Of a DNA stretch of 61,383 bases, positions 45,256 through 53,173 are shown piece after piece. The stretch is from a virus (Duplodnaviria > Caudoviricetes), in IMG/VR virus record IMGVR_UViG_3300020044_005136, positions 1 through 61,383 of that record, one strand, 5' to 3'. The notes under the pieces were generated by a model. That model was not told where the DNA came from. It did no database searches and worked only from the letters and a program-made list of their open reading frames with translations. Position 1 is the stretch's first letter. Each line of letters starts with the position of its first letter. The translations under genes were made by a program, and so were the position numbers.

Positions 45256-45996
45256 TCACCGATAGAATGAGGTACGCGGAACAAACCGCAATGGTGCTTT
45301 ATCTCTGTCTTCATCCGCAGCCAACATCCATGCCTCATCGTACTGAGTCTTCAGAACTGGAGTACGGCCTTCTGCGCCTTGCAGCTTCATAGATAGCATA
45401 TATGCTAACCCAGCTACCAAAGCGTTCTGAAAGCGGAATGGGATATCTTCTACGTTAATACCGTTGCCAGCATCGACCATACGGCGTAAGCGCCAGTAAT
45501 AGAATACATAGAATGGTGCTGCAATCGTACCTTGATCTGGTGCCGGCCACACATTAATCTGTGGGAACGCAGGCGTAGCTCCTACCAAATCCGTTGTCTG
45601 CCCTGATCGACGATTAATCCAAACTTGGATTGGCCGACCTTGAGCTAGCTTATTTGGAATTGTGGAGTAAGTAGAAACGCTAATCCGACTTATGTTGATG
45701 TCCGTTTGGTTAGGACCTTGTCCGGAATCAGTGCGAATAACATGTTCAACCAGATCAACGGTATCATTAGGTAGATCATAAGTTACCTGCCCTTGAATCA
45801 TATTGATCGAGCCTTGCTCAATCGTCCACAAGTTGATACCGCGATTAGCCCATTCCGTCAGCAGGAAATTAAGACTACGCCTTGCTGTACGCAAATCATA
45901 ACCAGTACGCAACTCCCTACCACAACGCTCAAAAGCCTCTTCGACTAAATCGTTGAGGGTTGGGTTAAACGCTGTAGTGGAAGTTGTATATGCCAT
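45256..45996 (-). CDS. Head-tail connector-like protein
   Basis: EEAFERCG..ARRSLN..EWANRGINLW motif. Confidence 0.7.
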   Translation of the reverse strand: MAYTTSTTAFNPTLNDLVEEAFERCGRELRTGYDLRTARRSLNFLLTEWANRGINLWTIEQGSINMIQGQVTYDLPNDTVDLVEHVIRTDSGQGPNQTDINISRISVSTYSTIPNKLAQGRPIQVWINRRSGQTTDLVGATPAFPQINVWPAPDQGTIAAPFYVFYYWRLRRMVDAGNGINVEDIPFRFQNALVAGLAYMLSMKLQGAEGRTPVLKTQYDEAWMLAADEDRDKAPLRFVPRTSFYR

Positions 45997-45998
45997 TA

Positions 45999-46379
45999 TT
46001 AAGCTCTCGTTTTACCGCGTTGAGCAATACCGTCAGCACGAGCAGAAGCGGATTTAACTTTGCCGCCATTTTTAAAATCTCGGCTATATGTAACCCCAGC
46101 TTGCCACGGCTCACCCATATTTTTGTCTCTCTTCTCACCATAGAATTCAAGAGAAGAATCTTTATCCAGTTTTTTACGATACTTTGCGCCGATGCCAGGA
46201 ACTTTTACGCCGCCTTTAATGTTATCTCCACGAATACCCATTAAATCAGCATATGCCTCAAGCTCACTATCTTCATCTAATTTTTTCTTGCCGGATAAGC
46301 GGCCTCCACCAACTTGAACATTCTTTTGAAGTTCAAGAAACTGTGGTTGAAAACTTAAATCAAGATCTTTATCGGCCAT
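45999..46379 (-). CDS. Small protein with C-terminal RADGIAQRGKT tail
   Basis: FKNGGKV..SASARADGIAQRGKTRA. Confidence 0.7.
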   Translation of the reverse strand: MADKDLDLSFQPQFLELQKNVQVGGGRLSGKKKLDEDSELEAYADLMGIRGDNIKGGVKVPGIGAKYRKKLDKDSSLEFYGEKRDKNMGEPWQAGVTYSRDFKNGGKVKSASARADGIAQRGKTRA

Positions 46380-46633
46380 TATTTTCTTGCCGCCCGCATG
46401 TTTTCTATCAGGTTAGGGTATGGCCGACCCGCAGCTTTAGCCGCAGCCTTAGCAGCAGACTTCTTTGCTGGACTTAACTTCTTAGGTTTACCAAGTTTCT
46501 TAGGGCGCGCCTTATCCCATACTTCACCACCTTCTACAAACTCAGTGAAGTCAGTGTCATCCCGTCGTGCTTTCTTCGTAGCACCGGGCATTTTTGAAGG
46601 GCGAATATCGCCCATCCCACGGGACGCCATCAT
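46379..46633 (-). CDS. Small basic protein (SRGMG..GRPYPNLIENM)
   Basis: Likely start MMASRGMG; FVEGGEV motif. Confidence 0.7.
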   Translation of the reverse strand: MMASRGMGDIRPSKMPGATKKARRDDTDFTEFVEGGEVWDKARPKKLGKPKKLSPAKKSAAKAAAKAAGRPYPNLIENMRAARK

Positions 46634-46634
46634 A

Positions 46635-46976
46635 TCAGCACATACCGCCACGTTTTTTCATAACGATCTGCTTGCCTTTGGTTTTGCCTTTAACAGCAAT
46701 GCCATCCCGGCTAGGAGCAGCAGTCTTTACTTTGCCCATTTTAGAAGCAACTGCACCACCACGCTTATATTTAACTTCTGTATCTTCCTCTTTTGGTTTA
46801 AAGATATCTTTTTTCATATCTTCAACAGATTTCTTTTTTAAAGCTAATGGCATATTGCCTCCTGATTTAGTGAACTCTTTACCTACTTTTGTAGGCACGC
46901 CTACCTTCTTAGCAAATTTAGGGTTATGAGCCACGGCTTGCATGAACCGCTCTTGCTTTGCTGATACTGTAGGCAT
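46635..46976 (-). CDS. Small basic protein (MPxxSxKQ..AHNP family) with RDGIA.KGKT tail
   Basis: Motifs as named. Confidence 0.7.
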   Translation of the reverse strand: MPTVSAKQERFMQAVAHNPKFAKKVGVPTKVGKEFTKSGGNMPLALKKKSVEDMKKDIFKPKEEDTEVKYKRGGAVASKMGKVKTAAPSRDGIAVKGKTKGKQIVMKKRGGMC

Positions 46977-47212
46977 TATGCCCTTGTCTTACCACGAATG
47001 GCACAGCCATCTGCACGCTTAGAAGCACTAGATACTTTGCCGCCAGCACGCTTACTAACAGGCTTTGGCGCAGATTTAGGATTAACAACAGACTCATATC
47101 CTTTGCGGGTCAGGTCATCTTGTTTCTTATAAAGCGCATCAAGCTGGGGGACTACTTCACCCTTGGCTCTGCGTGCTTCTAATTCACGAATTTGTTCTTC
47201 AAGAGTAGCCAT
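46976..47212 (-). CDS. Small protein with C-terminal RADGCAIRGKT tail
   Basis: KRAGGKV..SASKRADGCAIRGKTRA. Confidence 0.7.
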   Translation of the reverse strand: MATLEEQIRELEARRAKGEVVPQLDALYKKQDDLTRKGYESVVNPKSAPKPVSKRAGGKVSSASKRADGCAIRGKTRA

Positions 47213-47214
47213 GA

Positions 47215-47463
47215 TTACTTACCTTTGCTAATGAGCTGGTCAATTTTTTCTTCCAAGCGGTTAAACCGTTGGTCAATGTGATCTGTAACTCTTTCAACTT
47301 CTGCTTTAGTTGCTGTATCACGAGCAATCTCTTCACGAGTCTTGTTCAAAAGAATCGTTACACGCGCAAGTTCAGAAAACTTATCATGCGCAATATACGC
47401 AAATAGACCAGTAAATAATGTTAGTCCACCGGTCCAAGCCACTGTGATTTCCATACTCAACAT
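47215..47463 (-). CDS. Small membrane protein (LLNKTREEIA family)
   Basis: N-terminal TM helix and coiled coil. Confidence 0.65.
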   Translation of the reverse strand: MLSMEITVAWTGGLTLFTGLFAYIAHDKFSELARVTILLNKTREEIARDTATKAEVERVTDHIDQRFNRLEEKIDQLISKGK

Positions 47464-47714
47464 TTCCATCTTTTCAGTGACGCCGCTTTGCGTGTCGGTT
47501 GGCCCTTCTCGTCCTTCATTGGACCGGGCATTCCGCTCATACGAGCACAAAATGATTTCTTACGTGGGCCACCTTCTGGCTGTGGAGCCTTTAGGTTAGA
47601 CCCTGTTGCTGCATTGTACTTGGCACGACCCTTGGCTGTAAGCCCAGCACCCTTTGATACGGGCAGCTTTTCACCGCGACCGATAGCAAGGGATGGGGTT
47701 TTCTTGGTAGCCAT
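47457..47714 (-). CDS. Conserved basic phage protein (GLTAKGR..SFCARM..W.C)
   Basis: Motif common in head modules of this phage type. Confidence 0.75.
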   Translation of the reverse strand: MATKKTPSLAIGRGEKLPVSKGAGLTAKGRAKYNAATGSNLKAPQPEGGPRKKSFCARMSGMPGPMKDEKGQPTRKAASLKRWKC

Positions 47715-48313
47715 TATCCTACCTGATTAACAGTGACGATTACAGAAGCTGTTGATGGGTAAGCTGGTGTTGTTGATGCGGGATAAGCAGGGCAAGTAAT
47801 GCTTGCCACACTTGGAATCCAAACGATCTGAACATACTGACCAGCCGTTAATGATAGGAAGTAATTCCAGCCAATAATTGTGCGGGCAAAGATTGTCGCT
47901 GACTTACGTGCGGCCAAACTAATATCACCAGCAGAACCCGGAACATCTACACCATCAATGCGCAACCAAACATGCACACCTTCAATATCATTCTCTACAT
48001 TCTGGAATTGCCCAGACCATTGAATGTTGTACACGCCAGTAACAGGAACCGTTAAACGTGAGCCAGAAACTAAAGTTACACCATCCGTAACGTCTGCCGT
48101 ATTAAACGTAAATGGCGTACCGGCAGTAATTGATCCTGTCTGAGTAGTCGTATCCTGCCACGCACCGTGGTTAAAATACTTTGTACGGGCATAGTCACCA
48201 TACGCACTAATCGTAGACTTTACGTTAGCGCCATCTTGGACAAGGGGCATTAGCTCCGCACCCGTTAAGGGTACAGCAGCAGTCGGCATTGCCGATATTT
48301 TCTGGTCAGCCAT
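47714..48313 (-). CDS. Structural protein with C1q/TNF-like beta-sandwich C-terminus
   Basis: MADQKIS N-terminus; GVYNIQWS..W.R.DG..WNY..GQYV pattern. Confidence 0.6.
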   Translation of the reverse strand: MADQKISAMPTAAVPLTGAELMPLVQDGANVKSTISAYGDYARTKYFNHGAWQDTTTQTGSITAGTPFTFNTADVTDGVTLVSGSRLTVPVTGVYNIQWSGQFQNVENDIEGVHVWLRIDGVDVPGSAGDISLAARKSATIFARTIIGWNYFLSLTAGQYVQIVWIPSVASITCPAYPASTTPAYPSTASVIVTVNQVG

Positions 48314-48555
48314 TAGGAGGACTCCAATACAATTTTGCTGCTATCTTCTTGCAACACGTAACCAGGGGCTGTTTCGTCAGCTATGTAGTACTTAACTTGT
48401 ACTATGCCATCGTGATACAAATCAACTACACCACTAGCGCCTACATTTTCGCCATCCCCGTTAGTAACTGGGACATTAGCTGCGCCAACACCATGACCAA
48501 AGCCATCAGTTGTATTAACTTGATTAGCAACGCCAGTGTAGCCAACGTAAGGCAT
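48313..48555 (-). CDS. Hypothetical structural protein
   Basis: ORF with stop/start overlaps; LQED..IVLE motif. Confidence 0.6.
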   Translation of the reverse strand: MPYVGYTGVANQVNTTDGFGHGVGAANVPVTNGDGENVGASGVVDLYHDGIVQVKYYIADETAPGYVLQEDSSKIVLESS

Positions 48556-48863
48556 TAGGTAATTCCTGCCTGAATCATTGTCAACGTAGCCGTTCCAGTA
48601 CCAGCAGTTACCAGCACCTTAATTCCGGAAACGGGAAATGCATAGTTACCGTCTTGATTGTCTGACTTTGCTGCAATTGTCGGGTGCGAAAACCATACTG
48701 GCGTAGCGCCAAATGCAGTCTCGGTAAACGTGTGCTGTATCGTATAAGTTACAGTGCCTGTTGCAACAACACCAAAACCCACATTAAAGGGGGTAGCATT
48801 AGTGTTAGTAACAATAGTCGCACTGGAACCTACCCCAGTTTGAGCTACAACTTGTGGACGCAT
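48555..48863 (-). CDS. Small beta-rich structural protein
   Basis: GGAG RBS before MRPQVV. Confidence 0.65.
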   Translation of the reverse strand: MRPQVVAQTGVGSSATIVTNTNATPFNVGFGVVATGTVTYTIQHTFTETAFGATPVWFSHPTIAAKSDNQDGNYAFPVSGIKVLVTAGTGTATLTMIQAGIT

Positions 48864-48885
48864 AATAATCTCCTGAATGGTCAAA

Positions 48886-48902
48886 CGGGGGCCGAAGCCC
48901 CC
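48886..48902 (-). terminator. GC hairpin (cUUCGg loop), weak terminator or stabiliser
   Basis: GGGGGC-UUCG-GCCCCC followed by only a short U tract. Confidence 0.5.
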
Positions 48903-48908
48903 AGATTA

Positions 48909-49388
48909 TTAGGCGCTTTGCATACCAACGTATGGGTCAGTAACATAGTACGTTACCGTGCCTGAGCAAGGACCAGTACCAGCCGATGCACCCGTAACTG
49001 CGGTCAGATAGACCATTTCAGTTGTGGACATTGGAACGCTAAACGAAGCGCCTGGGAGCGTAGCCGTAGCCAGCGTAGTAGCTGTACGTGTAGTTGGCTG
49101 CTCATTAACCAAGCCAGCAGGGGTAGCTGTGCCAGTAGTATAGAGCGTGAAGCCGAAGTCCAGCGTACCAGCCGTGGTTGATGCTACTTGCGTGGTAACA
49201 GCCGTGATAACAGCGCCAGCAGGAAGAATAACTGCTTGGCCGCTTGCTTTATTAAGCACATTACCAGTTTGTGTAGCGATATTAGTGACGTACCACTGAG
49301 CCGTCATCAGGCCAGTGCCACAATATGCGGTGCGCGATTGATCGCCGCCGCCCGAACGCCAGATACTTTGGGTAGTAGAAACTGCCAT
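48909..49388 (-). CDS. Capsid-associated/decoration-like protein
   Basis: ILPAGAVI motif; first gene downstream of the capsid gene. Confidence 0.65.
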   Translation of the reverse strand: MAVSTTQSIWRSGGGDQSRTAYCGTGLMTAQWYVTNIATQTGNVLNKASGQAVILPAGAVITAVTTQVASTTAGTLDFGFTLYTTGTATPAGLVNEQPTTRTATTLATATLPGASFSVPMSTTEMVYLTAVTGASAGTGPCSGTVTYYVTDPYVGMQSA

Positions 49389-49402
49389 GATAGATTGTCC
49401 TC

Positions 49403-49473
49403 ACATGCGAGTTAAGTGCGCCGATATGCATGTAACAGGCCGGGGGCCATTCGTGCGCACCGGATTACCCCGG
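49403..49473 (-). ncRNA. Pseudoknotted RNA element downstream of the capsid gene (Mu-gpT-DE-like)
   Basis: Crossing helices CCGGGG/CCCCGG, GUGCGC/GCGCAC, ACAUGC/GCAUGU ending at the GAGG RBS of the next gene. Confidence 0.65.
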
Positions 49474-49483
49474 TATTAGGTAC

Positions 49484-49512
49484 TTTATACACTACCAAAA
49501 ATAAAAAAACAA
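49484..49512 (-). promoter_or_regulatory. sigma70-like promoter
   Basis: TTGTTT-N17-TATAAA just upstream of the RNA element. Confidence 0.45.
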
Positions 49513-49517
49513 GCAAT

Positions 49518-49539
49518 AAAAAAGGGGCCGAAGCCCCTT
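49518..49539 (-). terminator. Intrinsic terminator after the major capsid gene
   Basis: GGGGC-UUCG-GCCCC followed by U6. Confidence 0.85.
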
Positions 49540-49570
49540 CTGAAACCCGCATGTAGCCTAGGTTTTGGTG

Positions 49571-50485
49571 TTATGCACCGACGCTACCATACATTCCGAG
49601 CGGATCCGACCAACCGAACGAATAACGCTCACGGGACTTGTAACGAACGTTACCAGTATCGAAGTCGCCATCCATCGAATTAGCCAGAGCCGTACGGACA
49701 AAGTGCTTCATACCATTAGGAACATCAGTGGTCAGGAACCATGCGTTCGTATCGGTAAGGAAGTTGTTGACCGTGTAGCCTTCAGCAACAGAACCATTGT
49801 TCTTGATTGCATTGATATCGTTGTCGTTCGTGCCGACGCGGAGTTCAGTTTCCAGCAGGCGGGTTGCAACGAATTGCAGCGCTGGTGGAACAATCAGTTT
49901 CTTTGGTTTAGCTGCAATCAGCAGGCCACGCTCATCAGTCCATGCAGCGATTTGAATAACGGCGGCTTCCAAGGAAGTCTCGTTCAAGTCGGCTGGGGTT
50001 GATGGGATGTTGCTGTTTGTGCCACCAGACACGATAGGGTGCGAAGCCGAAAACAGTGGAACGCCATCGCCGCCGTAATAAGCAGCGGTATTGGTGAAGC
50101 CATTGTTCAGGACGTTAGCGGCCTTAACTTGCTTGGTGTATGCCATAGCACGAGCCAGCGACTTGGTATAACGAGCCGACAGGCTGTCATACAGGTTGTC
50201 TTCGATGGCCTCTTCGGTCAGCGAGAAACCCAGTGCGATGGTTTCGTGGTTGTAACGAGCGGTCCATGCTTCTTGGCCGTTGTCATAAGCGATGGCAGAG
50301 CCCTCGTTTTTAACAGGTGCAGCCGAGAAACCAGACAGCTTGGTCTCTTCTTCGAACGAACGCTCAGAGGTCTCAGTTTCGTAGATCTCTTTGTGTTGCT
50401 CACCATAAGTAGCGTACTCGAGGCCGAACAAAGCATTCAAGCCCGGGAGCAGTTCTTTAAGTAGTTGTGCGCGTGAAATAGCCAT
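49571..50485 (-). CDS. Major capsid protein (Mu gpT-like, HK97 fold)
   Basis: MAISRAQLLKELLPGLNALFG..EEAIEDNLY..RERYSFGWSD signature; followed by a terminator. Confidence 0.9.
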   Translation of the reverse strand: MAISRAQLLKELLPGLNALFGLEYATYGEQHKEIYETETSERSFEEETKLSGFSAAPVKNEGSAIAYDNGQEAWTARYNHETIALGFSLTEEAIEDNLYDSLSARYTKSLARAMAYTKQVKAANVLNNGFTNTAAYYGGDGVPLFSASHPIVSGGTNSNIPSTPADLNETSLEAAVIQIAAWTDERGLLIAAKPKKLIVPPALQFVATRLLETELRVGTNDNDINAIKNNGSVAEGYTVNNFLTDTNAWFLTTDVPNGMKHFVRTALANSMDGDFDTGNVRYKSRERYSFGWSDPLGMYGSVGA

Positions 50486-50496
50486 GATTTAGCTCC

Positions 50497-51132
50497 TTAG
50501 ATGCCGACGGCGTTATTGTACGAATGGTAACCAAAGTTCAGCTTAACGATGAACTCAACATAGGCACCAGCCGAATTGGCGGTGTCAGGCACCACATCGA
50601 CGATTCGCAGTGGCAGACTAGCAGTGGTTGCACCAGCAGCACTGTAGATACCAACTTTAGAATTACCCGTTGTTGACGAACCTGTGTTCAACACCAGACG
50701 AGCATTGCTGCCGACCATTGTTTGACCCAGATAAGCAGGCAACAGACCTGACGAAGTATTGTTGACGGTAGTACCAGCAACGTTAACTGCTTTAAACAGT
50801 TGATCTGGATCGTCAGCAATGAAAGCCACAATATTAGTAGCGCCAGCAACGCCGGGCCAGTATTGCGAGAACGTCAGTTGATTCGTGCTTGGATTGGTAT
50901 ACGAACAACCCACAAACACACCAACAACACCAGCCAAAGGCGTAGCATCATCAGCAAGCGGGGAGTTTTCAATCGTACCACCAGCTACCAAAGTAACAAC
51001 GCCGCCATTATAAATAGCAGTGGTGTACGTAGCAGCAATAGGAAGTTGTCGGGTTGCGCCGGCAAAGACCTGACCACCAATCAGATTGATTGGTTTTAGC
51101 CCATAAGGGGCTGAGATTACAGGATAAGCCAT
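50497..51132 (-). CDS. Minor capsid/head decoration protein
   Basis: APYGLKP..GVFVGC.Y..DDPD motif; directly upstream of the MCP. Confidence 0.65.
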   Translation of the reverse strand: MAYPVISAPYGLKPINLIGGQVFAGATRQLPIAATYTTAIYNGGVVTLVAGGTIENSPLADDATPLAGVVGVFVGCSYTNPSTNQLTFSQYWPGVAGATNIVAFIADDPDQLFKAVNVAGTTVNNTSSGLLPAYLGQTMVGSNARLVLNTGSSTTGNSKVGIYSAAGATTASLPLRIVDVVPDTANSAGAYVEFIVKLNFGYHSYNNAVGI

Positions 51133-51151
51133 ATATAGCTCCTAAAGAAGT

Positions 51152-51601
51152 TTATTTGCCTTTGCCGAATGAGGTCGTAGATTTACGCTCATTAAACAAT
51201 GGCATACGAGGATCACTTTGCCGCATAAGACTGTTGTCCACCGCCTCGATCTGGCCTTCAGCTTGTTTCGCATAATGCGAGTTCCGCTGTTCTACAAACT
51301 CAATCGGGGTTTTACAGAGCAACAATCCACCAATCTCGATGTTGTCCTTAAAGCGACTCGTCGGATCAATTAGCAGTTGAAATTTTGGTTGTTCTTCAAT
51401 CTTAACCGGCTCCCAGCCTTCACGGAGTTTTGCCGAAAGGTTACGTGGGTCAGCATTATTAAGCGTTGAAGTACGAATCCATCTGTACGCGAAACCGGGT
51501 TGCTTGTCTGGTTCTGGCAAAAGCTCTGCGGGTGCCCACTGCTTGGGGCGCTCGTAAACGGCACGCGTTTCTAAATCACGACTAACTTTGTTTTCAGCCA
51601 T
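51152..51601 (-). CDS. Conserved head-module protein
   Basis: YRWIR..REGWEPV..GGLLLC motif. Confidence 0.75.
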   Translation of the reverse strand: MAENKVSRDLETRAVYERPKQWAPAELLPEPDKQPGFAYRWIRTSTLNNADPRNLSAKLREGWEPVKIEEQPKFQLLIDPTSRFKDNIEIGGLLLCKTPIEFVEQRNSHYAKQAEGQIEAVDNSLMRQSDPRMPLFNERKSTTSFGKGK

Positions 51602-52556
51602 TGTTGGCCTCCATTTTCATAATTTCACGAGCATACTGCTCATTTGTTAACCCAAGGCGTTTCGCAATATTAATTTGCGACTGCTTTAAAGTAATCCGTT
51701 TGGAGGATGTACTTCTACTAGCAGGTGCCACAACGTTAGATGGCTTTGACCTTTGTTTTTCAGGCTGTTCTTCTTGCCCTTCAAACGATTCAGGAAAGCG
51801 TCTACGCATCGTTTCATCAACACGCTTGTAATACTCGTCGGTCGTAGCATACGCCATACCGTGCTGTTTTACTAACTTCTCGTGCAGACCAAGTGCAGAT
51901 GCTGTCATCTCTTCATCCTCACCGAACCATTTATTTCGCTCTTGCCACGAAATTGCCTTTGGGTCAGGATGACTTACTTGTTTCTGTTGCAACTGATTAT
52001 TTACACTAAAGTCCTCTTCTTGTAAAGGCTGTGGTCGATAATCTTTTACTTTTTGCAATTTGTAGTTGGCGTTAGACAACTTTTCCTGCGCAGCTAATAG
52101 CTGATCTGAATCACCAGTATCATACGCTTCCTTGTATTCCTTACGGGCTGCGTCTAATTCTAGCTCAATGGACGTTTTGTATGTATTTACTAACGTCTCA
52201 TCTGTTGTGCTTGCTTTACGTTTCAGGCTCTTATTTTCCTCAAGAATCTTTTGAGCAAAGTTAATAGCCTCTTGCTGTTCACGTAATGCGCGTTCTTTCT
52301 CACGGCGCTCGTCGTGCCAGACTTTTTTCATCTGTAGCATCTTGGTTTTGACTTTGTCGGAATACTCTTCCAACTCATCATTATCAAGTTCATCTACAAT
52401 ATTTTTTGGCAGTGGTTCACGATTGCGATCTGCCGGCGGAGTATCGTCTTCTACTTCAAAATTAAAATCATCATCTTGCTTTGCTGATTTCTTTTCTTTT
52501 GTTTCAACTTCATCCGGAAATTCGAATTCAGTTTTTTCCATATTATTTGTTGCCAT
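51594..52556 (-). CDS. Probable scaffolding protein
   Basis: Acidic coiled coil; W..RN.WFG; C-terminal AKRLGL..EQYA. Confidence 0.65.
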   Translation of the reverse strand: MATNNMEKTEFEFPDEVETKEKKSAKQDDDFNFEVEDDTPPADRNREPLPKNIVDELDNDELEEYSDKVKTKMLQMKKVWHDERREKERALREQQEAINFAQKILEENKSLKRKASTTDETLVNTYKTSIELELDAARKEYKEAYDTGDSDQLLAAQEKLSNANYKLQKVKDYRPQPLQEEDFSVNNQLQQKQVSHPDPKAISWQERNKWFGEDEEMTASALGLHEKLVKQHGMAYATTDEYYKRVDETMRRRFPESFEGQEEQPEKQRSKPSNVVAPASRSTSSKRITLKQSQINIAKRLGLTNEQYAREIMKMEANNG

Positions 52557-52584
52557 TTGTATGCTCCTTCTGCATTGTCAAAAC

Positions 52585-52986
52585 TTAAGCTCTTGAGATG
52601 CCGCGTGGATCAGCTACTACTGCCTCAACTGTATCGTCATTAATAAGACGGAACTCGCGGCCATGAATCTTCAAACGTGTGCCTGAGTTTGGTCGAGCCA
52701 AAACAAAATCCCCTTCTTTACACCACGGTCCCGTAGGGAACTTTTTCTCATCCTTGTAACATTCTGGCCCCATCTTAATAACAAAAAAGACAGTAGCTAA
52801 TGCTTCTTCAAATCGTCGAGTTTCATCAGCTTTGATGAGTCCACTCTCGTACTTGTCTTCAGCTTCAGGGATCGTCACAAGGATGTGATAACCCGATGGA
52901 GTTGGAAGTTGTTTTGCTTTTTCTTCAGCTGTTTGTGGCAGCGTCGAAATTTCACCGCTTTCTGTAGCGATGGCGATTTCACTCAT
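52585..52986 (-). CDS. groES: GroES-like co-chaperonin
   Basis: P.GYHILV..SGLI..V..GP..GD.V..FRLINDD.V.AVV pattern. Confidence 0.8.
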   Translation of the reverse strand: MSEIAIATESGEISTLPQTAEEKAKQLPTPSGYHILVTIPEAEDKYESGLIKADETRRFEEALATVFFVIKMGPECYKDEKKFPTGPWCKEGDFVLARPNSGTRLKIHGREFRLINDDTVEAVVADPRGISRA

Positions 52987-53173
52987 CTGATTGCTCCATA
53001 AGTTTTACTAAGTCGAGGATATAACCTTCAGTTGTAGAGAGTCCTCGTATCTCTCCGCAAAGTTTTTGATAATCTGAAAAATCTTTAGCTGCGCTTTGTG
53101 AGACAGCTGAAATTAATTGCTCTCGTCTTTCACGAATCTGTGAAAGTATTACTTCCAATGCCTTGTCCATCAT
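52979..53173 (-). CDS. Small conserved protein (Y..LCGEI.GL)
   Basis: Lies between portal and GroES; AAAGGTG RBS. Confidence 0.7.
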   Translation of the reverse strand: MMDKALEVILSQIRERREQLISAVSQSAAKDFSDYQKLCGEIRGLSTTEGYILDLVKLMEQSDE

